DNA from: Raillietiella orientalis
Lineage: Eukaryota
NCBI GenBank assembly: GCA_036172245.1
Contig: JAYWIR010000008.1
Location: 1,426,001-1,490,000, forward strand
DNA: 64,000 nt
Direction of reading: 5' to 3'
The translations under genes and the position numbers were made by a program. Position 1 is the first letter of the stretch, and each line of letters starts with the position of its first letter. This document shows positions 19,655-32,268 of this stretch, piece by piece. The notes below the pieces were generated by a model. That model searched no databases. It was not told the origin of the DNA and saw only the letters and a list, made by a program, of their open reading frames with translations.

Positions 19655-22600
19655 CGGGCAGTGCTTGGAATGCTTGGATTCCGATGCACATTCGCCGATT
19701 GATCTGCGCTCCGTTTAAGGCAGTGGACAGCACGCGTTCTCACGAACTCTTCCAGCATCACTTGGGTTGCGTTGTCTGCCCTGGAATTCGATATTTCTGA
19801 TCTACTTTTTGGTTCCTTGCCATCCGTGTTTGGTTCACACCGTGCATTCGAGAAAATCCAAGATCGACGGCCAGAGTCCCCTCATGGCTCGTTTTTCTCT
19901 TGCTAATCGGAAACACCCGGAACCAATGTTACGTCTTTATAAATAAATACATCGCGCGCTGTTTTTAAGGGAAAATGCTGCCTTTAGGATGACTCCTGCG
20001 TCTTTTGTTCCGTGTTACCCTTTTTTTCCCGTCTCGGTTTGAGAAGTTTGTTTGTTTGAGGCTCCTATTGGATTTGTGAAACGTTTCGATTTTTAACACC
20101 TTTACGTAATCGTGTTGTTCGTTTGTGTATTAGAAGGTCATTCTAAAGTACGACTGCTCGCCTTTTTCCCCTGATTAACCTTTCATTTGTGGCTAAAAGG
20201 ACAAAAGTGAACAAGATTTCACGGTTTATCCGTTTCATCCCGAGAGAAAAAATTCAGTATCACATTTAATTGCGCGCATAGCGTGGATGCTCGGCATTGG
20301 CATGGTGCTGTCGGGAAACACTGTTGCCAGACGCTCTACGCGCGATATTATGGAATCCACGATTCGAAACTTTCGCCGCGAACACTGGGCAGTTTCAGAA
20401 TGGAATAATCGATTATGAAGTGACTTCGCCATGAACACAAAATACTTTTGCTCTGTAACCGCACACTAAGCATGTAACATGCATTGTGCCATCAATTTTT
20501 AGCTGCAATGAGCATGTGAACATACAGAAAGCCCAGTCAAGTGCAATACTTTATTTGTACAATAAGTTGCTCTGCAGTATTAATGTGGAGGTTTCTCCAT
20601 GATATCTTGCGAGTCTTTCTTTCTTTTTTTTTTTTTTTTAGTACTCATTTTTAGCCTTAATAATGAAATTAAATGTGTTTGTTTTGCGCTTAATTTATTT
20701 TAGAAATTTGATATGCACTACATTGTACATACTAATAGTATCATTAAAAAAAAAAAGATATGCTGCATGTGTAATTCTCGATAATTTCTTACAAACTCTG
20801 TATCTACTGAAATCTTTAACTTCAAGGCGACAAATTATGTGAAGGGTCCGGGCAAAGATTTGAACGGATTTAAGGGAGTTCTGCATGAAAGTTGCTCGAA
20901 GTCAGTGAGTTCATTCTAAAAAAAAAAAATATTCCCAATAGGTGACAAATCTGTGTTTATTTCTGGGTCTCCGTTCAGGTACATTAAGCCATATTTTGTT
21001 GACAGTTGTGTATTTGCACCTCGTTGTTCAGGCTTTTCATCAGAAAAGAGTAAAAATGTAGAAGAAGCTGATAACCTCTGGGAATAGGAGACAAGACGTT
21101 AGATTTGAGCTAACGAGGAGCTTTAAACATATGATTGGAATCCAGCAAAATCCAAAAATCTTTCTTCCCTTTTTCTTTCTCTCTTTTTTCGTGGTAAGGC
21201 AGATTTTAGAATGTTTTTTCGGATGCTGACAGCTTGCCCATTGTCCTTTTTGAGCTGCAGAAGAAAACGATTCAAAAAGAAAGTTTTTTTCCTTCGTTCG
21301 TTTGGATTTAAACGTTTCTTGTGGAGATACCAAATGCATTTCAAGTGAAAGAAAAAAAAACAGATCTTGGATTAAATTGTCGTATGACTGGAAAGGGTGT
21401 ACCGTAATCTGTCGTTATGTATAAAAGGTTGTCAAAACAACGAAAAGTATTTGAGTTTTCAAAGCAGGAGGAACACTGCGTAATTATGCGTGGCGCAAAA
21501 CATATTAAAATCATTGATGTTCATCTCGCATTCTTATTAGATATCATTGCGTTCTGATCATTGCTTACACAGATACATTTCGTGGAGGCTTCAGTCGTGT
21601 TTCGTACGGAGAATACTGCGATGCAATAAACGTTCTCCAACCGAAGGAATGAAAGTTTCACACGTCGGCGACGAAACCCGTTCACAAACGTGCGTGCACG
21701 AAATGTTCTCCAACGTGTAGGCTGTACTGTACACATGGCTCCGTTGTGGTCACGTTGGAATTCTTAAGGGGCGTTTCTTGCTCCAGCACTTGAGAAATTT
21801 GGAAACTGCAGTGCTGTCGCCCATCAGCGGAACCTCCTCGGAGTCGCCCACGCTGAAGAAGGAACAGCTCTCTCCCTGCTTCCCTGTTTATTGGGTATTG
21901 AGGTTGCATTGCCATTGTATGCACGGATGGGTTGGAGCGCGGGAAATCTATTTGTGCAGGCTCGGAGGCTGCATACAGAGCTTGCTTCACGCGAATGGAG
22001 CAGTAATGGTGGTGCGGGCCACATCCGGATGCGTTCCGTGTGATCAGATTTCCGGGTCCCTGTTTATGCTCTCATAGCGCAGACGGAGCTCAAGACACCT
22101 AGCACGAACGTGCAGAACTCATTGGGGATTCCAGAATATTGGCTGTGTTTCGTCACAGACCCTGCCCGTAAGTTGAGTCTCAAAGGTCGCGCCTAGCGGT
22201 GGCCAGCCACACGATGGGTCTGTTTGACTGTCTAATAGGGCTTGCTCGAGATGGCCGCCGGACGTGCGTTTGTAGGCAAGGAGGCATCCTGCTTCAGAGC
22301 TTCGCACTGTGCATTTATGTGAAAAATCTGGCTTCTGGAACTCGTTGTCTCCCTGAGGTGGCATGTGGAGGTGCACATTCTTGGTGTCTTCTTCTGTCCT
22401 TTCCAATTCATTTCCAAGTATTCTTATCGCACAGTACTGCCGTTGAGGTTCATTTCTCCGAAAACTCTTGCTGATGTGATCCGCGTGACCAAATTTGATG
22501 CTTCCTCGTCCCCATGATTTGGCGCAGCTGACGGGCCGCCATGTGATTTCAACTGCTCCCGCAGTGACAGCGCCATTGCTCCCAAGGAGCAAGACGCTTT

Positions 22601-25073
22601 GGCCCAGCAGTTCTCCGTCTCGCTTGCACCGGAATCTTGCGAACCGAAGAGCAGTTGCCGGTGAAGTGGGGTTCAGGTGCTTGGCATGTAGTCGCATCCT
22701 TCCCGCGAATTTAACCCATGCAGCCCACACCCAATTCGCCGTGAGTTGCAGCTCATCGTGAAGAGCGTGTGAACTCTTCACAGTTCGCGCCTCGGGTGAG
22801 AGGAGCTTGGGAAGTGGGAGGGAGTCGGGATTCCAGCAGATCTTCTCTTTACAGCACGCTCTGGGAATTCTCGTCCGTGTCGCTCCGCGAAACTGGGGGC
22901 AGGGAGTAAGGAAGCCAGTGCTTCGCAGGGGGGGACCAGGGTCATAGTATCGCCGGCATCCCATCGTTGTCGTCGCGAGAGGGGCTGCAGATTCGACGGA
23001 TGCCCCTAGACAATTGTAAGCGTTCGTTCAGTCCCCAGTTCCAGCTGCCGAACTAGGTCGGAATCCAGGGCGTGCGGAAAGCTCTGGAAGGGAGGGGAAG
23101 AGTGGCTCTGAAGACACGTGACCAGAGGAGCACGAATCCTACAGCATGAAACCCAAGGTGCCGAGGGTCAATTTGGGTTTGGGCAGGGGGGTGGGGGGCG
23201 ATGCTGAGCGCGGTGGTGCTGAGCCTTGCAGTGACACGCAGACGTGGCGGCAGACGCGGCGCTTCCAACGAAGGGAAGGCTAGCGCTTCGCGCTTGATTT
23301 CCGCTGCTGGCGTCGTCATCAGGCCGGATGATGTCCTCCCGTGCTCGAAAGAGATCGCGGGGTGAGATTCGCCCATTCACTTCCGGAGGCATGGGGGATT
23401 CCAAGCTCAGGAGCCTGCCGGCGTCCCGCCTTGGCCGTGATGGCGGTGGCCGTCTTCACTGACGGTCCTCCTCGATCAGGACTGCACCTTCTTCGGGAGA
23501 CGTCAGGCAAATCAGGGTCGCCCCAGCTTCCGGCTGTCGTTCAACCGGGACCCCGCGGATCGGAGAAATCCATCCGGCTCGTTCCTCCCCCTCCTCCTCC
23601 TCTTTCCCCCTCTTTCCACGCTTCTCAGTTGGGAGTGCATCCAGGACTGACCGAGCTTCCACGACTACGCGCGGGACCTTTTTTACCGGACGACTGGAGC
23701 TTGTTTCCTGGCAGCCATCGTCCAGACCGTTCTGGCTGCCCCCTCCATTCCTGTTCTTTCACCGCGTGGGTGGGGAGTTTGGCGCGACGCGCCTTCGGGT
23801 CGCTGGGAGACGGAGGCACGCGGATGCAGCTGGGACAGAGTTTCCAGGGACGCTGCCTCAAGATGTGTCCTTGCAGAGAGGCACGCACCGCGTGGAACGA
23901 AAGAGGAAACGGGGGGTCTCCTTCGTTGCTGAGTGCAGTGCCCGACATGGGCAACGAACGGTCGGACGGTGGGCCCAACTTAGGTTGCCAAGGGATTTCG
24001 GCGTCCGATTTTCTTCTGGGGACGGCGGTGGATGGGGGGAAAGGCGTCTGCATTCCGCAGCGGGACTGATGAGCAAAGGCTCAGGGGCGTGAATCCCCGG
24101 ATCTGCACCGGAGATAGAGCAACAAACGGGAACCGAGGCGTGTCCACTGAGCTGCACCCATTCGACCGTCTCGGTGGTTTCCAAAATGGTTGCTTGGCGA
24201 TTACAGGAACCCTGACAGACATTGCGTGGACTCCCTGCTGGTGACTTTCCGATGCGAGACTGACGGACAGGCAGTAGCAACTCTTCCCAGAGTCCGCGCA
24301 CTTGCCACCTTCCTGAAAATCCTCCCTGTCTTCTTCCGGGAAGGGTGAGCTCTTCGGACGCACACGGGCGAGGCCTTCAGCCGGGGTTCTTCCGATGGTC
24401 GCGGCAGCTCGGTCGGTGCCCTGTGTCTTGCCCCCCGTTGTCCCTTCCCTTCCAGACCCCCATTGACTGTTGGGGTTGTCGAGGAAAGCCCCTGATCTAT
24501 GGATGGGTGAGTAGGGGGAGGGGAGCTGTGGTATCCTCCCGCTGCACGGTTGCCATATCCTGAGTCTCCCCCTGCCCCTCTTGTCGGACACCGCCTCGAG
24601 AGGGTCGGCCGCTCATCGACTCCTGTGGAGCTCCTCCGAGATGGCGCGCGGACATCCTCTCCGTCCTCCCAGAGAACATTCATCCGGACGGATCCCGAAT
24701 GGGGCGTCGCCACATCCAGTGGGGAGTGGTTGGGGACTCGCTTCCCGCTGTTCGCTTCGTCCTCCTCGAGCTCCTCTCAGCAACTGCACGCGTGCACCCC
24801 GGATGGCTCATGTGCCCTCCGTAGCATCCGCGCAGAAGGCCACAACGGAAGTTCGGAAAAGGGAAAACGATGCTCCTTCGAAAGGAGGAAGCGACGCGGT
24901 CAGGAAAATACAGACGGGGGATGGAAGGGGTGGGGGGTGCGGAACGGGAGGGCATCTGCCCGCTCCAGTTCCCCGCGGAATCTGCAGACGCGAGACTCTC
25001 CGCCTCTCTGGAAGCTGAAATCCTGCCTTCTCCTTCCAGGATCTCCGGAGGAACGCGGGGTTAGCTGAGAGCA

Positions 25074-28000
25074 ATGGCACCATGCAGAAGCAGCAGCAAT
25101 GCGGTGGCTGTGGTGGCGATCCTCTTCCTTATCTGGCATAGGGCGTCCTGTGAGCTGTACACCGCAGTGGCCGAGCTGGAGAAGCTGGTGGACACTGAAG
25201 GGAAGTTGGTGAACCTGCTGGGGAAGTACATCGCCTCCGAGGAAGAGCGGCTGGACAACCTTCGGAGGTGGGTGGAGGCGGCGTCGAGCAGTAGGGGGGA
25301 CAACCTTCCTTTTCCTTTCCCCTACCCCTGTTTCGTTTTTTTGTCACCCTCTCGGTGTTGCATCCTTCCACCCTTGCCGCTTTCCGACCTTGGGGAGAGG
25401 ACAGTGGTGGTGGGCACTCGACCCTCTCGTCATTCCGTTTCCCCGGGCAGGTTGGAGGGGCAGCTGTCGTCCCTGCATGAGGAAGCCTCCGACTCCCGCT
25501 TCCTTGCCAACCCCGTCAACTCCTTCTTGCTCGTCAAGAGGTTGACCCGTGACTGGAATCGCCTGTGGGAGATGATCGAGACCAACCACAGTGCAGGTAT
25601 TGGACTGGGAAGAGGAGGGACGATAGGGGCCAGTGGCCCTGCTAGGAGTTTTCGCCAGCGTGTCCAAGGAGCTTCCATTCCCCGACGAAGAGGATCTCAA
25701 GGGCGCAGTGGTCGCCCTGCTGCGCCTGCAAGACACGTACAAACTGAACGCGTCACAGCTTTCCCGGGGGGTCCTCAGCGACTCCAAGACCCACAAGCAG
25801 CTGACCGGTAAACAGCGCTGGGCTTCTGGCACGATCCCCGGTTTACCTCCTTCGCCACAGCTGCCGACTGCTACGAGCTCGCCCGGCAGGCGTACTTGGC
25901 CCAGAACCACCACCACACGGTCCTTTGGGCAGAAGAGGCCCGCAGGAAATGGTTCCAGGAGTCGGACAACGAGACCGACCTCCTAGCAGAGATCCTGGAG
26001 CACCTGGCGTTCTCCTTGTACAAGACGGGTAAGGGACGAGGGGAAGCGGTGGGGGGGGGGGGCAGTAGAGGCGGACCCGACGCGCATCTCCTCTGGGGCA
26101 GGTCGCGTAGAGGAAGCCCTGCGGACCACGGAGGAACTCCTTGCCTTGAAGCCGTTCCATGAGGTCGCCCGCGGCAACATAGCGCACTACGAGAGGATGC
26201 TGCAGAAAAGGGGCGAGGACGGGGGCGTCGGCAGGGTGGCTCCTGCGGAAGAGGAGGTTGTGCAGGTGGAGCAGGACCTGTACCACGCCCTCTGCAGAGG
26301 CGAGACTACCGCCAGCGACCGCGAGCTGGCCAAGCTTCGCTGCCGCTATTTCCACGGGTACCATCCGTTCCTGCGGCTGGCTCCCGTCCTTGAAGAGGAG
26401 GTCTTCGCTCACCCTCGCATTCTGGTATACCGGCACTTCCTATCCGACTCCGAGATAGAAACCGTCAAGCAGCTGGCGCTACCCAAGGTAGGGCGAGCCT
26501 TCTTGAAAGCGGAGGGTGCTCCGCCCCCACTCCTCCCGCCCTTTTTTCAATCCGAGGAGGGCTCTTACTGGGTAGGGACGCTGGTAGCGCGTTTCGGGGA
26601 AGACTGGGGAGGGACCCTGCCGAATCCGGGGAGATCGATTGCCCGTGGGGTAAAAACAGAATCCCCTCCCCTCCCCCACCGTATAGATTCTCCTCTTGCT
26701 TGTGCTTTCGGTAGAAACGATCGTCCCAGGGACAGCTTTTCCGGGTGGCTGTGTCCTCCCTATGGAGTTTTCCAACGAAGAAAAGCACACGGCTGTATGC
26801 CCAATTATTATTATTGGGAGGGACGTCCCTACTTTAAAATCGCCATTACTGCGACTGCTTTAAATACTGCCTTAACTGCTATTTTCGTGGTCTATAATGT
26901 TACTGCTCTTGATAGCAGCATTAATAGTAGCAGTAGGACCAAGATCAGCTAAGCACTGTTTTTATTGGTAGTATTCCTACTGCTGCCTACTACTCTTGCT
27001 TACATGCTCTGTCGACTGCGTTTATTTGCACTAGTACGAGTATTACTACTGTCATTGCTGTTACCTTTGCTATCATTACTGCTGCTGTTAGTTGCAATTA
27101 TTAGTGCCGCTAACACGATCACGTTTGGTTGTTGCAGCTGAAAAGAGCCACGGTGCAGAACCAGTTCTCGGGAGAACTGGAGACGGCAAACTACAGAATA
27201 AGTAAATCCTCCTGGCTGAAAGACGAAGAGCATCCAGTAGTTTCCAAGGTAGATAGATATCAGCCACCTCGCTTTCCCCCCATTTCGCTGTGATGAAATT
27301 CAAGAAACGGAATGAAGCGTTTTCGAGTAAATGATGACATTTTCAACATTCCTCCAGATATCCCAGCGCGTTGAAGACGTGAGCGGCCTCAACATGCGTG
27401 CATCGGAAGAACTGCAAGTTGTGAATTACGGAATCGGTGGTCACTACGAACCTCACTTCGATCACGCCCGAGTAAGCCGATGTTTGTTATGGATTTTTCG
27501 TTTCCCTTCCCCTTCCCCCCCCCCCCTTCCTTCCTTCCTTTTTTTTTTGGTAAATAAGAAATGTTGGCATTTGTTTGATCTTCATCTTCTGAGAGCAACG
27601 CTTTGAATGTGGAGACTTGCAGAATGCACTTCGCGAATGTCTCGGCAGTGTGTCGAAGCTGATTCTCATCTTTTGATTAGGATTTGTAAGTCAGCCATTC
27701 TTACCTTTGTGGATGCAAAAGAAGAAGAAAACAGAGCGAAAATTCTCATTGCTGTTTTTGCGAGTGGGAAGAAAAATTGATGAACGATGGAAAGCATTTC
27801 ACTTTGCATAGCATTTAGGATTGTATGCAATAATGTTGTTTGTGTATATCCATGTATATTTTGTGCATGTATTCACGCAGCTTTTTATTACTTTTGTTTC
27901 TTCCTCTAGTCATCGCGGTAAAGCATCTTCGTAACGATTTTAAATGTTGACTTGTATTTATGTTTGAAATGAAAGAGCATAATCATTCATATCAGTTAAT

Positions 28001-31000
28001 AAAATATTGACAGGCAGAACGTCATGTGATGTAAATTACACATGTTCGTTTCTTTACTTCCTCCTTAGCTGCATATGAGTAGTATCTGTAGTGAGAAGGG
28101 GGAAAAACGGCTCTTATTATTAGCACGCTATTGCTAAAAGTTGAATGTTTTATTATAGCAAATAATATGTGTTTCTTACTTGAGTATTTTGTAATTATTG
28201 TTTTTTTTTGTGTAGCCACATGAAACAAATGCTTTCAAATCCTTGGGACTTGGAAATCGCATAGCTACGTGGCTGAATTACGTAAGGCATTTTTTTTTTT
28301 TTGTTTTCCACCCCACTTTTCCCAGTGTTTTCAGCGAGAGAAATGGTAGGTTTAGTTTCAGTTCATGCTCTTCGAATTGCAATTTTTTTTCCTCTCTTCA
28401 AAGAGATGATAAATGAAATGATGAACCCACAAACTATGATGTCTTCTTGAACAGCTTCACAAATTAATCAAACATTCGAATTGCTTCGAACACATTGTTA
28501 CTCAATATTGTAATAATTACAAGTATTTTACCTTTTAAAGTGGAAAAAACAGAAAAATCACAAAATCATCATGAATAACAAGTATTTTTTGCTTTTAATC
28601 TGAACTCTATAAATCACAGTGTTCCCCAACTTATTTAGCCTACCGCCCCTTTTTCGGATAAAGACTTACTCAGCGCCCCCTGAAAATGTACCTTCTTTAA
28701 GTGAACAAACAGGAAGATGTATTGACAAATTTGCGTTATTTTATGTATCTGCATTTCCATCGACTTCCTACAACATAGTCGGAAAGGATGTTCTTGCAAA
28801 TAAAGCGCGTTGAAGCCGAAATTATTTATTGGAATCGACCGTGGTAAACATTCGCATTACTCACAGGAAATCGCGATAGCGAAGGACCATATTAAAATAA
28901 AAATCATGAAGAATAACTGTAATGAGAGGGACGAACCTGGTGCTCTACTATCGTCAATTTATTCGTATCCCTGCTCTACATTTGTCAGCTCCCTTCTTAA
29001 GTCACCGCCATTCGCCATTTGCAGTCGGTTTCCCTTTTTATTTAGCAGATTTGGGATTGCACTGAACCCACATTCCACTAAATATGAATTAAAAACTTTT
29101 GTGCTGTGGCATATTGAAAATAGGCATTTGTACGAACGGTTTTTTAAAATTTCCCTATCTTCTCCTCTGTATCGTTTCACCTCCCCTCCTATGTTTATTC
29201 AACGCCCCCCAATTGCACTTGAGGCTACTATGGCCCCCCGAATCGTTCCAGCGCCCACCATGGGGCGGCATCGCCCAATTTGGGAAGCACTGCTATAAAT
29301 GAAAGAAAATCTATTTTTAAAAAAGCAACTCAAAACATGCATGAACAGAAAGGCAGGAAGTTTGTGGATTGAATGCGCATGATTTCAGTTTCTTGTGATC
29401 ATTTTTTTTTGTAAGGTACAGCATTCCATATAGTGATATGGAGTGCATGTTCTTTATCTTGTTTAAAGAAAAAAAACCATCCAAAATCAAGGACGAAATT
29501 CGATTCAAATTTGTTGCCTCCGGAATAAGGAAGAGAAAAATTCTGTTATAAGAATTGAAAAATATTACGTATTTGACATAATGCTTGACTACCCAAGAGC
29601 TAAAGCACTCAAGTTTCCATGCTCGACTTTTTTCTCTTCAACCTCTACCATAGTAGATGTAAAATTTTGAATCGTCGGCAACCGCAGTGGTTTTCTTATC
29701 TCAACTGTGAATGAAGGGATCACTGAATTTTTCATGAACTTCCTGGAACAGCTTTCGACGTACGAAATCGTAGTTTAAAAATTGGTTCAAGCGAAGAAGA
29801 ACACAAGTAATTAAGTCTCATTCTTAAGTGCATCTCAAAAGCGTACTTTTCTTGCGAAATTACTGGGAATTAAAGGAATGTATGGTTTTGTTAAAGTGCT
29901 GGAATAGCGTGTGATCTAATGTTCAGTAAATGGTTAGAATATAAGTTATGGAAGTGATGGGGTGATTGATGGTGTTGATAATCGGTTCACAGCAATAGTA
30001 TTGATAGGCTAGATCGAGAGGATGGCAGTATCAGGTATTCGGTTATTCACTGATTTTCCAACGAAATCACTGGCAGTTGAGTTTGAAAAACATCCGTAAG
30101 GAAATCGGCCTGTACTCGCAAATCGAATTGTGTGGGTAATTTTTTTTTCCCCAAAATTCTTTGGTGCGTTTTGAGAGTTGGCTGTGGAAACGTTATGAAA
30201 CCAAAAAGAATTATAGCATCCTTAGAATGTGGTATTACTGTAACAATGCTTTGGTAAAATAGTAAACATAAAACAAACAAACATTTATTTCACTTTACAC
30301 GATACTAAGTCAGTTCCAGAGATAGAAAGGCAGACGTTTCATTCTGTAAGCCTTACATTGATGTGAGATCATCGCAATAAGGATGTAAAATTGAAAATGT
30401 TTTCTCTCGGAAAACATTGGCAGTGGAAAGGCAAATTGTGTTCCGGACACTGAAAATGCTGTTCTGGCACGAATCTGTGCGAGCGAGGATCTAGAAAACA
30501 AAAACAAGTCAAATATCAGTTACTGTGGATTTTCGCGAAAGAAAAGACAACGAAGCGGTGACATTTTGTTAAATAATGTAATTTAAAAACAAGATTGTCC
30601 GAATAAATCCAACCCTTTTAATCTTGAAAAACAGAAATCCCATTTTTTAGCAGTAAAAGGTCTCTCTTCCAGTTTCAGTTTATGATTCATTTGAGAATGA
30701 AAACCTACAATTTGGCTAAAGCAGGCAGGAACTTTCACAATAGCCATTTGACTCTTTATAGATTTTCTCTTAGGTTGGTTGGTAGACGTTGTCAAGGGGA
30801 AGAAAGGTTGTAAGGATCTTTCTCATGATAAGAAACAGTGTAAGGTCTCAAAAAGAATCTGTAACTCGAGTAAGTTGATTTTTGGGAGTTTTGGTTTCAT
30901 TTTTATGCGAGTCTTTTGGTATGTGATGAAATCTCTCATCCACAATGAACAAGTAGAAAAATGAAACACGTGCTTGTTTTACAAGCAATTAGTGCAACTT

Positions 31001-31735
31001 TAAAATGCCAGAACATTAGTTTAGCAGGAAATACACGAGTAGGAAGTTGCTTTATTATTGTACATACCAATCTACTTATGCATATTATTATAAAAGATTT
31101 CGTAAAGGCACTGTTAGCATTGCAAATCCAAAAAACAAAAACAAAATCAGTGTCATTGCTGCATTCTGACAGTAGCAATTAGTTCAAATACCAAATGCTT
31201 AACTAGTGTAATGTAAGTAGATACTGTATTTTGCTAATATATTATTTGCATATGCGAAAATGCGTGTAGATGAGATGCTTTTATCGTCAAAATTTGAAGT
31301 ACTATTTAATCTGTAAAATTGGAACTTTCTTTATATCCATGCAATTTTTGCATACCATGTAAAAGAAAATTTTTTGTTGGAAATTCATCACTGTGAGCAC
31401 TTGATTTGGACCTGTAAAGAAATGAAATGAAATCAACTGGACATATGATTTCAGATGAGTGATGTGGATGCTGGTGGAGCAACTGTGTTTCCAGCTTTGG
31501 GGATCAGTCTGTTTCCCGAAAAAGGCTCTTCTGTTTTTTGGTACAACTTATTGAAAAATGGAGATGGCGATGAGTTAACAAGACATGCAGCATGCCCTGT
31601 ACTTCTAGGAACAAAATGGGGTAAGCTTTTGGGTACAGATTAAAGTGAATCCCACTTTTTTCAGTTTCAAATAAATGGATACATGAATATGGTCAAGAGT
31701 TTCGACGTCCTTGCCATCTTAATCCAAAAGAGTAA
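25074..31735 (+). CDS. P4HA: Collagen prolyl 4-hydroxylase alpha subunit (P4HA family), 10 exons
   Basis: Exons 25074-25267, 25451-25596, 25646-25807, 25861-26028, 26102-26487, 27138-27248, 27358-27471, 28216-28281, 31455-31620, 31665-31735, all GT-AG and in frame. Signal peptide; N-domain ELYTAVAELEKLV and FLANPVNSFLLVKRL; DLKGAVVALLRLQDTY; TPR region; catalytic VVNYGIGGHYEPHFD (HxD), GNRIATWLNY, MSDVDAGGATVFP, RHAACPVLLG, VSNKWIHE. Paralog number cannot be assigned. Confidence 0.95.
26840..27110. repeat. Degenerate trinucleotide low-complexity tract (act/gct/att/agt) in P4HA intron 5
   Basis: attactgcgactgct...agtagcagtagg...ctactgctgcctactact...attactgctgctgtt. Confidence 0.6.
28617..29292 (+). 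mobile_element. Complete non-autonomous hAT-family (Charlie/Buster-like) MITE in P4HA intron 8
   Basis: Imperfect TIRs cagtgttccccaa / ttgggaagcactg. 8-bp direct repeat ctataaat with central TA at 28607-28614 and 29293-29300 (the left copy is offset by an extra 'ca'). No transposase ORF. Second copy at 16312. Confidence 0.85.
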
Positions 31736-32268
31736 GCATTTGTAGTGCTCTATGCATTGCAGAAGCTCCTTTGCAAGAACTATTCAAGTGCTATAATTGA
31801 GGTTCTAAGACAAGAGGTGTACAATGTACAAGTGAGGTCTAAGGATCAATTTCTATTTATCCTTGTTTACGAAAATCAAGACAGTTCATAAAAAGCCCTT
31901 TATAATGATCTGTAAAATAAAAAGAAAAAAAGGGGAAGCTCCTAACATGCATGTCTTCATGTGATTTAAGATACAGAATTACATTGTTACAATTCAGCAT
32001 GCATTATACGTAATCAAAAGTATTGCCTTAACAGATAGAAATACTGTATTTCCAAGCTTTCCAACTTGCTACAGTGTTTTTTCATCAGCCATGTTTTGTG
32101 GCATGCTGTTCATACACATAAGTTGAATTCGTTTTTTTTTTTTTTTTTATCACAATAGAGCTCCAGCCTTTCGATTTTGGTATGTGATATATATGAATTA
32201 ATGACAAAAGTTTTCCATCGCTGTTTTTTGTTCCAAAATGCAAATATCAAGTCATTAAAAACCATAAT

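Noticed and set aside
21500..25070. Many overlapping 100-280-aa ORFs (e.g. 22119-22964, 23341-24069)
   Set aside because: Expected in GC-rich DNA; Arg/Pro/Gly-rich with no recognisable domain. A faint RTE-like phrase (ELQ..WAAWVKF) is too weak to call.
28282..31454. Mutually exclusive alternative to the 66-nt GNRIATWLNY exon (as in vertebrate P4HA2)
   Set aside because: No second GNR.AT-like exon found by eye in the flanking introns.
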